Source of the DNA: Octopus sinensis
Taxonomy: Eukaryota
DNA length: 64,000 bases
Assembly: GCF_006345805.1 (NCBI RefSeq)
Contig: NC_042998.1
Location: forward strand, 184,450,001 to 184,514,000
Direction of reading: 5' to 3'
In this document: piece after piece, positions 24,961 through 38,835 of the stretch
Layout: every line of letters begins with the position of its first letter
How positions within the stretch are numbered: the first letter of the stretch is position 1
The notes under the pieces: generated by a model
Databases searched by the model: none
The model's input: only the letters and a program-made list of their open reading frames with translations
What the model was told of the DNA's origin: nothing
Made by a program: the position numbers and the translations under genes

Positions 24961-26429
24961 TTGAACCATTGTGTCTTTAAAGAAATCAGTTTTCTTGGAA
25001 CTTCCAATATTTTGATGAGAGAACCTAGTATGTTCCAGTTAATATCTTAGACCATGTTAAAAGAGATAAGATTGATATGTTGTTAATGATTGTAATGGTA
25101 ATGATAATGATAATGATAATGATAACGATGTAAATACTGGTATTAAGTTGATTCCTGATATAATCATTACTAATGATAGATAATGAAGATTAGTGATGTA
25201 TGTCTCAGAATTTATTTCCTGTTAGAGTCGTTTTTATTTTTCATCATTAGATAAAATCATAAGTCTGAGTAATGTACTGTAGTGGAGCCTTTTGCCCACT
25301 CTGCACTCTTTTTAAAAAACAATGACCGTCTCCCTAATATAGAAAACCGATTCTTATTTTTTACCTATGTTATATATGATCGCTCAAGCTGTCAGATATA
25401 ACAGCCAAATCTTCTTCAGCTACCATTCTATCAACTTAAAAACATAGTAGTAGGTAGATTGTGCCTGAAAGAAAAAAGACAGGTTGTTACAGCTTGAATG
25501 TCCTTGATCATAGGTCTTGTTCAGGATTGGTGTAAGGATGTACAACAACATTTACTTTACTTTTATGTCGCAAGTTCGCTGTTGCACATTTATGGATTTA
25601 TATAGTATCAAGGTCAGTTTTACTTCTGATCCTGCTGGAATTGATAAAACAAATACGATGGTAAGCTAGTGAGAGTAGATTTGTTCAACTATGAAAACAT
25701 TGGCTTTGTCTTCAACCAAAGGAAATCAGTACGTATTTTCAAACAGATTATGTAGTCCTATAATGAGGCAAATTATAATTTTATTATTATTCCGTTTTGT
25801 GTTGTCAAATGACAGAAACATTAGAAGCCCTGTCGAAATGACTGCCGGTAATGGAACGATATTTTTTTTCTGTCCTGAGTTCAAATCCCGCCAGTTTCAA
25901 CTTTATCTTCCACACTTTTCGGAGTCGATAGCATTATAATTGATAAAGGATGTGTGATGAGCTCTAGGGGGCATTGAGGCCAGCAGATCATTCTCAAACT
26001 CTTGCCCTATTCTTCTCTTGCTTCTGTCATCGATCAACATATTCGTTAACATCATTAAATTTTACTTTTATTTTTTGGTTTGTGTGTTGGTTAATGTGTT
26101 ATTGTCCTTGATTGTTTTGATACATGATTTTTTTTTTGCATTGCTTTATTCGGTCATTGGTTGCAAGTTCTCAAGGGACCGGCCAAGTACTGGTTCACTA
26201 TATATTTTGGGGCGGTGAGAATGACAAGAAAGCGCCTATAACTCGCACGACTTCTGTAATAAGAATAAAAAGCTATTATGGGAATTGGAAGATTCAATAT
26301 CTCATAGTAGTTTCATGCCAAGCTGAGAATCATCAGGTTCGGATGAAATCCAGGACGACAGACAACACTAGTTACTGTGAGGTATGAACCTTCCAGTTCT
26401 CACGATATGCATGTATATATATATATATG

Positions 26430-26524
<95 letters not shown>

Positions 26525-26557
26525 GGAGATAGGGGTAAGTTACGCCGTAGTAATATA

Positions 26558-26851
26558 TGTATAGAAATTAAATATAAAATATAAATTACAAAGTGGGACA
26601 AGAACGCAAAAACACACAAAGAGACGACACAAAAAAAAAAAAAAACAGACGGGTCACTCGAAGCCTCTAATCTTCAGTCGGAACCGGATCATCTTAGCAA
26701 TTTCGAGATTAAACAGCCGAAATTGCTAAGATGATCCGGTTCCGACTGAAGATTAGAGGCTTCGAGTGACCCGTCTGTTTTTTTGTGTCGTCTCTTTGTG
26801 TGTTTTTGCGTTCTTGTCCCACTTTGTAATTTATATTTTATATTTAATTTC

Positions 26852-26857
<6 letters not shown>
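26558..26857. repeat. long palindrome (148/140-bp arms, 12-bp spacer)
   Basis: 26558-26705 is the reverse complement of 26718-26857. The only difference seen is the poly-A/T run length (15 vs 7). Confidence 0.95.
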
Positions 26858-26903
<46 letters not shown>

Positions 26904-26919
26904 ACACACACACACACAT

Positions 26920-26951
<32 letters not shown>

Positions 26952-27648
26952 GCATGTATATATATATATGTGTGTGTGTATAAATATATTTCAAATATAT
27001 TTCTTTGCTTCTTTCATTATTCCTTTTCTTCTATGTTCCTTTCTTTCTCCAGTAGCTCTTTCGTATCTACTCCAACCTGTGAATGGAGTTTTATACGAAC
27101 CAAAGAAAAAGAACAATCCAGGCGATTACTCGACCTACTAGAGGCTTCCCTCTTGCAGTCAAAGTTCCCACAAAATTCACCTATTTGTACTTGACTTGGT
27201 GAACGTATAGACTATCTGGAGATCACATCTAGTTGTTTGACCGAATATCTACGTACAATAAACCTACTCGATCAGGGTTGACCTCAGGCCACACAACAAC
27301 AATAAGAGCAACGTAATCGTAATCTTAAATTAGAAAACGGGTGATAAAAAAATCAAAACGAAAAGAAAAATATATCAGGAAGCCAATTTTAAACTATAAA
27401 TAAATTATGTTTTCCTAGCAACATTAATCACTTTTTAAATTTAATTTTCAATTTACAATCCTGTAAATCTATAAAGAATGTCACTTCTGGTCGTCTCGAT
27501 AATGGCCGTAATTCGTTTACTTTCAAAGACACTAGTTGTATCTGCTCTTAGCAAAGGCAGCTAACTCTCAACAGAAAAAAGACCACAGCTGTACGCAGTG
27601 GGTGTTCTGTAAAACCGACAAGTGTTTCGTTAGCTTGCAGTGTTAGAT

Positions 27649-28080
27649 TTAATTCTTTCCAATGAGGAATAGCTTTCAGAAGGATTAAGCTCCACCAGAC
27701 AGACTTGCGTTACATAATAATCCGCAATTCATGAACTAACATGAAAGTTTGTGGGACTCACCATTATCACAACTACCATGTTGGGCCACAAGCCAAAGAA
27801 AAAGCTTCTACACAGTCATTTGACCTTCTAGAAACAATCAACAAAGTTCCCTCAATTCATCTTATTAATTCTTTCCAATGAGGAATAGCTTTCAGAAGGA
27901 TTAAGCTCCATCAGACTGACTTGCGTTACATGATAATCCGCGATTCATGAACTAACATGAAAGTTTGTGGGACTCACCATTATCACAACTACCATGTTGG
28001 GCCACAAGCCAAAGAAAAAGCTTCTACACAGTCATTTGACCTTCTAGAAACAATCAACAAAGTTCCCTCAATTCATCTTA
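27649..28080. repeat. tandem duplication, 2 x 216 bp
   Basis: TTAATTCTTTCCAATGAGG starts at 27649 and 27865. The copies differ by only a few substitutions. Confidence 0.93.
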
Positions 28081-28822
28081 AAAAATAAAAAAAGAGTAAT
28101 GTATCTTTGATGTGAAGAAAAGGGCGATGAGGTTGGGGCGGCTAGGATGTCTTTGATTATAGGTCTACTCGACCAAATATGACCTAGGGAATAAAACAAC
28201 AACAACATCAATATGTAGGACCGGATGTAAAACATATTTCTTAATCATTCGTAACCCACTATATAACGCACAGCATCAGATGGATTAACAAAAGCAAAAT
28301 AAATACATAAATAAATAAAAATAAAAATAAAGTAATGAAAATTAAAATAAAACGAACATATGCAATATGAAGAAAGAGAAAAATGGTCAGGGATAGATCT
28401 TATGTCTTGGTGGGATTTTTGTGTTGTAAGTGTTTTCGCTATTCAGAAAACCGTGGAAAATTTGCATTACTGTGCTTTATTCCCCGTTAAATTGTGTTTG
28501 TAACTTTTATCGATTATTCGAAGAAAAGAAAACAAAAAAACAAAGTTTCGCTTATAATTATGATCATTATAATCATTATGACGGTGAGGATCATCATCAT
28601 TATCGTTCATTTGCTTGCTTGTTGTTATTTAAAATGTTTCAACGCTCACAATCATTTTTGTTAAATATGGCCACGTGTGTAGGAATTTGCGAATATCAGA
28701 AGTATCAGTTTTATGTACACATGCAAACACTTCTTTCTTCCTGTCTTCTTCTCTCTCGCACGCACACAAACACACACACACGTATATATGAATGTATATG
28801 TGTACACACACACACACATATG

Positions 28823-28855
<33 letters not shown>

Positions 28856-28912
28856 GTATATATATGTACGTATATAAATATATATATGTATGTAAGTATG
28901 TATATATATTAT

Positions 28913-28950
<38 letters not shown>

Positions 28951-29268
28951 CACCTACATATATAAAGACGACCTTATCCACATTCGCACACTCTCTCACA
29001 TATAGATATTGAATGATATTCATAATTTCCTGCCTATACACAAACATCTGCATTAAAAGAGTGCAAATATACACACACATACATACATACACAAGCATAC
29101 GTCGTTTAGTCGAGATGCTGGAGTCTGTAGCACGGTAACAAATGTGATAAGTTTTATATAGTTTGTTTTGTTTGGTTGGTTGTTGTTAATGTTTTGTCGC
29201 CATTTGTTGATTGTTTATTTCTTTATTATTATTAATATTGTTTTTTTGTTGTTGCTGTCTTTAAATGT

Positions 29269-29468
29269 CTAGTCAGCACTGAAATATGAATTTTGCATGG
29301 AGTATAATTTGTCTATTGGGTTTATCACAGGCCCCGAACTGAGGTTGTTATGCGTGTTTGCTTCTGTCATCAAAACGTGGTCAATATTGTCCATGCTTTC
29401 ATCCAATCCACCGTCTGAATAAAGTTGACTTTCACTCAACGGCGGTTGACTTGTGTACAACTGGGAGC
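29269..29468 (-). CDS. lmx1: Lmx1 last coding exon with stop codon (200 nt)
   Basis: Acceptor tttattttag|GC. Encodes [65 protein letters not shown] (TAG at 29269-29271). The [14 protein letters not shown] motif is characteristic of Lmx1 C-termini. Confidence 0.93.
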
Positions 29469-32400
29469 CTAAAATAAAGAAAGACATATTAATAAAACAT
29501 AAATTCCTATATACAAGTAGACACGCACACACACATACACACACACACACGTACACACACATGTATATGGATTTGTAAATACTAATGTATATCTAAAGTA
29601 TGAAAAAAAGTACAACCACAAAGATAAAGGGGATTATTAAGAGAATTTAGTAGTTGGAAAATAATTCAACCCCACAATTTATTAACATACTGTTTTTCAC
29701 TATGTCTGTTATGCTCCATAGATCGAGAAAATTAAAGATGCATCATCATGTAGTTAAGTATCTTCTTTTATTCAATTTCGAGTTCTAAATGTCACCAGGG
29801 TTGTTATTGCTACTATTTCTTATGTTGCTTCATTTCTTTCCCGATTAGAAGCATATTTACGAAAGACAGTCATATTTATTGACTTTGGTTAATTCAGATT
29901 TTGTCGTCGAAAAAGTTTCTTTACATATGATAGCTAACACGATCACCTTACTAGTTCTAGCATCCTAAAGACCAAAGGTTACGCTTAGTTTTAAATAAAA
30001 ATAAATGCGCCCTTTTAAAGCCTAGCCAGGCTCATGGGCTCGGTTTCACGGTTTCAATGGCGTATGTGTTCCCCAGCTGGACGGGACGCCAGCCTATCGC
30101 AGAGTTACTCATTTTTTCCAGCTGATTGGACTAGAGCAACGTGAAATGAAGTGTTTTTCTCAAGAACACAACGCGTCACCCGGCCCAGGAATCGAAACCA
30201 CAATCTTACGATCATGATGCTGACACCCTAACCACTAAGCCACGTGCCTCCACTACGCTTAGTTTCAAGGACCTGAAAATACTGTAACCCCAAAATGATG
30301 TTGACGTTATACAAGACACAAATACACATCGCACAGCAGTGTTGCAGGTTAAAATTTCAGAGATGTATGCACACTGCAAGCACCATCATACAAAATGCAT
30401 TTCTATAATAATAGAACCATCGATGCAACTTATCATCTCTTCTACATTGTATACGGTGAATCTTCTTTTCGTGCTACCTCTTCTTTGAGTTTCTCTACTC
30501 AGATTACGTTTTAGCCTTTTTGGTTTAATTCATTCTTTACAAAACTACACCCTTTGGAATTTCAGTACAGTTCATGATTTCTCATCAAACTTACGACAGT
30601 AACACTTCAAACTAAATATAAACGGCGTTCTTTCGTCTCTATATGATTATCTCAACGATATCGATGATGCAATGAGCGAATTATTAATAACCACTGGTTC
30701 TCAGTCCCCTAACGCAAAAACTAATTGTTTTATCTGATTAGCATTTAGATATAGCAACCTATCTTATAAATTCTATTTTAAAGTTGAGTATTAAATTGAA
30801 AACCGTCTCTTAAATCCTAGTTACTATAGGTTATCTATTAGTAAAAGCTTTGCTTTTTCATAGTAAATACGTGCATATAATCTCAAATTTTAGGTATTGT
30901 ATTCTTTAAACAAAAACTATATATAAAATAGTTTTTGGATTTGGAGATTCATTATGGCACACTGCCAATAAGAAAGTAAATAAAATATAATAGAAACTCC
31001 ATTATAATTATCTTCACTTACAGTACACATTTTGAAGTTTAAGAAGATTCTAGAATCAATTTTGTTAAGAGACAGAACAGCCGATTAAAAGAAAAAAAAC
31101 CTGGATTCATTCAACAAACATCCTTCTCTGTAAAGTGTTTGCTTAAATTTCCGCTTTATTGTTTCTTGTTAATATATCTACATAGTTGGGTCCGTATTTA
31201 CTTTACATCTTTCTTACTTTGAATACGACCAGTCTGTTCCTCCGAGAAGTGTCATCGATTAAAGAGTATTTCCAAAGGGTTCTTTACTACTATTCTGAAA
31301 CAAATTTTTTATCAGTAGAACTTGGTTCTTTATTGTGTTTTTCGTTATAGAAAAATTAAATACGTTAGAAGACGTTATGTAACGTAGTTAATCTTTAATT
31401 ACACCCTCTGGTTATATTGCGATATATATTAAAAAAATATTGCTGTTGGTAGCTCATTATTAATTGCTAGCTTTGGGAGACAATCCTTAACTTCAATGCT
31501 TGTATGATCCACTTTACTGAAGGTATTTCTCAAGATATCCTTAACACCTGATATTTATTGCTCGTTGATTTCAAAGAAATCATCCATTAAATCGGTTACG
31601 TGTAAATATTGCTTAAGCTTGATTGCTATACTCTTCATTAATTGGTTCGCTTGGTTTGCCCTCTCGCATGAAGTGTTACAGACTGCAATTTTCTCTTACC
31701 TCTCTTTTATAGTATTCTCCTTATTCCTTATTTATTATATTTTATTTACTTTCTTATGGGCAGTGTGCCATAAACTGTTACTTTAATATCCCACAGGTGC
31801 TAACTTCGATTTTCCTCTATCCAAGATTCGAGAAAATAACTACCAGGCATTTAATAATGTCGATTATACTACGTCTCTTCCCTTCAAATTTGCAGCCTTG
31901 TACTAAATGAACAAAATCATGATGGTGATAAATATGATGATGAATATGATGAGGAATATGATGAATATGATGAAAATGCTGATATTTGCTCAATTTTTTT
32001 GTATGTATATATTTCCATATATACATATTTCAAATATTTGGCTGTATACCTCCAATTCACAATAAAAGTTTTGTAGAAATTTCACCTCTGAACTAGAGCA
32101 CAAAGCTATTCATAAAAGTTAGCTTCCCTCTAACAATTGTAATTAAGTCAGTACAAAGGTCACCTCCAATAATTTACACCTTCCTCTTGTAGTTTCAATT
32201 AAATCCATCGATTGCAAACATGAACAGAAACTAAGGATTGTCCTAAAACCATTTGTACTTACACACCTTAATGACAACTTTGCATTACAATCTCTGCAAC
32301 TTTATAACAGTTTTCAAAGATACTTATCACTCAACTGATACACATCCGTCCAAGCTCAACGCACTCTTCAAACAATTTTTCTTATCCAACAGTCGCGAAT

Positions 32401-32549
32401 AACTCAGCTTGAGTTGAAGCTCTGAGTAGGCCGTCAATTTTTGATATAATAAACGTAACTAACGGCCCTATATCCGATAATGTTTGCACATTTTTAACAA
32501 CTGTTATGTTACGATGTACACATACACATGCACGCACGCACGAACGCAT

Positions 32550-32593
<44 letters not shown>

Positions 32594-32710
32594 AATTTCT
32601 TGAATCAAAGATCAAGTAAACCACAACTTCGAAGAAGTCACTATACAATTGGTGAGCTATAACACAAATTATAGGAACATTCCGTAAATATGAAATTCCC
32701 TAAACCGAAT

Positions 32711-32757
<47 letters not shown>

Positions 32758-34027
32758 GCCAGTGCTTCCGCTGTTAGAGCTACAAATAATTTGGCGTGGT
32801 TAATGGAGTTATCTTTTTGCATCTAGATTTGTCAACTGAAAGATAATGCAATGTATTCTTATTTCTTATTTCTTATTTCTATATTGCCCACAAGGGGCTA
32901 AACATAGAGGGGAAAAACAAAGACAGACAAAGGATTAAATCGATTACATCGACCCCAGTGCTTAACTGGTACTTAATTTATCGACCCAGAAAGGACGAAA
33001 GGCAAAGTCGACTTCGGCGGAATTTGAACTCAGAACGTAACGACAGACGAAATACGGCTACGCATTTCGCCCGGTGTGCTAACGTTTCTGCCAGCTCGCC
33101 GCCTGTATTCTTGCTCACAACTACATCTCCCCCGCCACCCACCTGCATATACTCACACGTTAACATTTTTTAGACTGTCCTAATTAATATATTCTTATAT
33201 TTTTTGTGTAACCGCGTTGTTGTTACAGATTTCAAATCAGAGCCGTTGATAAACACGTTGGTTTGAGACCTTAATGACGGCATGAACGACAAGGAAGTGT
33301 TGCTAACTCGGCACGGAACAAATATCAACTAAAGATGCCGTTCGAAAAGAGCAAGTTTACAACCCTTGCCGATCTACAGGACATGTTACGTTAAATAGAA
33401 GAGCACGACGTTAACACCATCACCGGTATTTTCTGTAGTGGGTGTCATATTTTTGTGTACCACTACAAACAAACAATCCATTGTCTACCATTAACTTTAT
33501 CTTTGTATGAACATTCATCCAACCCTTTAGATGTGTAAATACAGAAAATATTCGTAGATATTCACAAACGCACACCTACATGTATTGTTATGAATTGTTG
33601 TGACATTGTGTGTTTATAATATTGTGTGTGTGCATGTGTGAATGTGTGTGTGTATAGCCGTATTTCTTGTTTAAAATACACGTATACCGCCATATTTACT
33701 TCTGTTATAGTATAATTTTGCGGTAAGAGTGTATATTAACCGACTGTTTTGTCATATATCTGAACAGCTATAAATAGTCACTAATGTCTTCGTACCATAT
33801 ATTAGTGGCACAGTGAAAATTTGTAAGACATTCCCAAAATTCTTCATCTGAGATTCTTATGTGAATAGATGCACACACTTGGATGCATCGACAGTTCAAC
33901 CAACACACCAACTCAATCACATATTTACAAACACTGCGAATTCTCTTAACTGAAAAAGGTATGACACTTTGTTAGCGACCGGCTTGGATTCTCTAAAGGA
34001 CTTAAATAAAACTCAAATAAAAATACC

Positions 34028-34086
<59 letters not shown>

Positions 34087-35579
34087 ACACACGTTTATGA
34101 AAGCCTCCTCGTACTCAAGCATTTCGTTTTATATGTCCCGATCGTCAGGCTAGCGTCGTTTAGCCGACCATTTTGTCTCTTTAAATTGCTTTTCATCGGA
34201 GTTTTACCACAAGGTCTCTGGAGAATAGGCCTCAACTACGCGAACCTGTTCAACGGTTGCGATGAGGCCTAAATATTGTTACATTTTAGCAGTACCATTC
34301 TTGAGCTATACGGTTGGTACATCAACGGCTATATCGGCACGACCTCACTCTCCTGTGAACAACTCAGCTTCTTCCTTCTTTTCATCGAATCATCCCTCTC
34401 CAGCCTTACATTCTCCTAATTTGTCTCTAAAACCTCTGTTAACTTCCTAGATATTTTCACTGCTATCAACTAGTCTTCCCTTATCACCTCCATCCACAAG
34501 CCCACAGACTCCCACTCCTATTTCAACTTCTTCTCCTCCAACCCTACCGACACTAAACTTCTCATCCTTTACTCCCAGTTTCCCCATCTCCATCAGTTCT
34601 GTAGTGACGACCATGACTTCAAGACACGGTTTCAAACTCATGGCCCACCACTTCATCTAACGGCGATACCGTCCAGCTTTATCGAAATCGCCCTCGCTCT
34701 TGCTCGGTCTGTAGACCGTGCATCCACTATCTCTCATCTTAACTGCCCACCCCTCCCGCCTCTCTTCCTTTTTACCAACCATCCATATACACTACCCCTC
34801 CACTTTATGCACTTTCCACCAATTCTTTCACCTTCTGTATCTTCCTCACCATATCCCATATCTACTTCAAACGTGCCTGCAACCTACGTGACCTACAGGT
34901 CCGTATTTTCTCCTCTCCTGGCACTCAACTTGGCTCTTTCCGGTGCACCCGCCTTTCTTTTTCAATACCACTGTCCTCACCGGTGCCCACAACCGTCCCT
35001 ACCACATCACCAGCTCATTCACTTGTCCTTCTAATAGTTTGATTTACTGCATCCTTTGCCCTCTTTGCCTCTCCCTGTACATTGGACACACTGGTCAATT
35101 CTAGCTGAGCGTTTTGCCGAACACTTCCGGGACATTAGACTTGGTTATGAGACACTCGTCTCATGCCATTTCCGCTCGACTGGTCATTCCCTGCAACATC
35201 TATCTGTTTTCAACATGGCTTTGCACAGCAGCCACCTGGACACCCGTCCTTGTCTAGGGCCGAAATTAATTCTCTGTCTCCATTCTTCAGTCCCTAGTGG
35301 TCTAAATTCACCTCCTCGATACACATTTACCCATACCATATTCCTCTTACCTTCCTACTACTCCCTCGACTTCTACTCCTCACACACTCTGTAGCGTTTA
35401 ACTTATTACCCAACACCACGCACTCCAGTTACGTTGAAACTGCATATACATACACCTATACACATAGCACACACTAGAACCCACACTTCCATTTCACACT
35501 TCCCAACACCTTCTATTTTGTCACCTCTGTTTCACCTAACACCTCTATGTGGTATGATACATCATTTTATAACACCCCC

Positions 35580-35622
<43 letters not shown>

Positions 35623-36123
35623 CGTTAGATAGCCTCTCACACACCTACACATATACGTATTTATTCCCACACATATATCCGCGCACACGCCCACGCACAC
35701 ATACACACTTACGCATATATATATATATATACACTTACGCATATATATATATATATACACTTACACACTTATATATATATATATATAAATGTATGTATGT
35801 GTGTGTGTGCAAACATACAAACATGTATATATATATATATTTTTACAAACATTCATATACAATTACAAACACACTCACACATACACACGTATACACACAC
35901 ACAAATATATATACATGAGTGGGTGCTGAAATATTCTTGGCTTTGAGTAAAAGAAAATACAAGAGGATCGGTTAATTATGATTTTACTCAACATATTCTC
36001 CTCTCAGATTCACACACTTATTCCAGCTGCACTTCAGTTTTTCTAAGCCCTGTACTCGGAAGGTTGGGCCTCCAACTAGGTCCTTTGAGATACCCTTAAA
36101 GTCAGGAACTTTTCAGCAACACC

Positions 36124-36195
<72 letters not shown>

Positions 36196-37573
36196 CCGAG
36201 AGACGGAGAGAGAGGGAGAGAGAAAGAGAGAGAGAGAGAGAGTACTTGGTTGCTCAATATACACAATGAACTTAATATACAAAAGAACTCTCCGCCAATC
36301 CATATTGGAATTGGGGAAGTATATATATTTAATTTTATCGAACTATCCAATATCGTTAACGTTTCTCTTTATACATAGAAAGGTAAACCTCGATTAGTCC
36401 TATTTGTTTGAAAAAGGCACATTTATTGGATTCTGTGATATTTTGGTGTGTTTAGTAGCTGACGAGTTAGAAAAATACTGAACTATATTTTTTTTGAAAT
36501 AGTTAATGTGACGTAATAGAGGTAGAAACATACTTCGATGTATTGGCTTCTTTTCGTAATAGGAAAGTTGGTCTTCTGCGCTATCGTACTGTTGGCAGTC
36601 GGGTAATGGAGGTAGTCCTGAAACACAAAATACTAAGGTATCAATATCTGCGCTGATTTCTGACTCGCTATAGCACATATACAGTCTTACAGTCTTAACT
36701 CTTCCCAACAGCTCGATTTTTAAAAGTTTGAACGCAGAGAAAATAGTTGCAATGGGAAACATTAGAGTATTTTGTTATTCATTAATTACTGATTTAGCTA
36801 CTTATTATACAAACAATCCTAAATTTCATGACTTGAAAAAATATTTTGGCAAACTAATGTGCAACCAGTTGTTTTTGGCAAATTCAGTTAAAAACATAGT
36901 TTCTATTCCCAGTTGGATTGATTTCACAAACATGAATATCATAAATTATTCGTAAACATGTAGTTCAGATCTAGCCTGTTTAAAAATATCTGGAATTATA
37001 TTTTTCTCTCTCAGCCAAAAAATATACAGATTATAACACTCAACCACGGAATTATTAGATTACATAACACAGTTATAATCTGTAGTCTACACTAAACATC
37101 ATCACACTGACCAAACAAGTATTTTAAGTTCAATCTAAGAGGCGTCTATTTAATACATTATCTTCAGTCATTACAACCACTAATAGAGCATTGCTTTAAT
37201 TTCTTTTAATGTGGTTTTAAGAGGTCACCTTTAACGAATTCTTGTGGATAAAATACCTAAACCTTACCAAATCTATATATATTAAAGATCTTCACATGAC
37301 CATACGCAAGCACGCATGCACACAAACGCACACACAAAGAACCATACACAAAAATACGTATACATACACACATAAATATGATATACACACAGACACTCTC
37401 ACACATGTATGTATGCGTATATATATGTGAACCCCTGGGTTATGTTATATTTACCCGTCTTATATACACACACAGACACCCCCCACACATATATGTATAT
37501 ATATGTATATATATGTATATATATATATGTGTGTGTGTGTGTATATATATTATATATACACATACACATGTTC

Positions 37574-37607
<34 letters not shown>

Positions 37608-38015
37608 ATATATATGTATATATACACACGCACACATAGCCATATACAGTGTGCATCAAAGCGATTGGTAGCGTATTATTAGTAATATATCAGATCATGG
37701 GTACTCGCCCATCCGTGTTCCAGTCCTAATCGTTTGCGGTTAAAATACGTCTCTTCCTTATGAGAACCCTTTATATGCACGGACACATAAAGTTTTACTA
37801 TAATTAATTATTCTCTACAATCGTTTATCTTCGTATATTTAGGTGCATTTAAGTACATGTGTTGCATCTATACTGCTAAATACTGCAAATTTGGCTTAGT
37901 TCTTGGTCTTCATGTCGGTCGAGTTGTCTTATTCCACCACACCCAACGTGGTCAGCCGCCCGCAATAGGTATACACTAATTCTTTCTCTCTCTTTCTCTG
38001 TTTGTCTGTCTCCTC

Positions 38016-38049
<34 letters not shown>

Positions 38050-38068
38050 ACACACACACAACACACAT

Positions 38069-38154
<86 letters not shown>

Positions 38155-38738
38155 TCATACACACATACACTTATGTATAAATGTGTGTGTGTGTGTGGTG
38201 TGTGTGTTGTGCGTGCGCGTACACGCATAACAAATCATATCTTCTTTTGCAATAATCGGTACTCGTACATGCGTATATGTTACTACCCGAAATATTTTAA
38301 ATCTATTCTAAAATGTTTGTTGTCCCTACTTCTGTTTTAGCAACTAGGTTTCGTTATATATTTGTCTGATATCAAATTAGTCTTGCATAATGTTTTAAGG
38401 TTATCTCTACGATACGGATAATGTATTGGGCAAATTAGAACTATTATTCCTCAGTCTCCTAAAGCGAAACTAGTTGTTTTATCTGATTGATGTTCAGATC
38501 TATATATATGAATTCTATTTAAAATTTTTATTTCAAAATCCAGTATTAAATTGAGAACCGTCATTGAAGTTCTAGGCAGATAGAATATTATTCTTTCTTT
38601 ATACATTTTTATTGTATTCGAAAAGAGAATTGTATGGGCTCTTTGCATGTCTTGTGGACGAAATGTGTATTATAAGTTAATGTGAAATATGTAAAAACTT
38701 TGGCGGTTGATGGAACATATTCGACGAGCGAGCGAGCG

Positions 38739-38835
<97 letters not shown>

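Noticed and set aside
26746-26775. CTGAAGA hammerhead-like half-core in the palindrome arm
   Set aside because: The required GAAA is replaced by GAGT and helices I/II are not convincing.
29214-29227. Two minus-strand AATAAA hexamers about 45 nt after the Lmx1 stop
   Set aside because: AATAAA is very frequent in this AT-rich DNA, so a polyadenylation site cannot be called without transcript data.
31817-32026. His-rich minus-strand ORF inside the last Lmx1 intron (Asp/Glu-rich on the plus strand)
   Set aside because: A degenerate (GAT)n-like repeat. I found no convincing minus-strand splice sites, and the gene model is complete without it.
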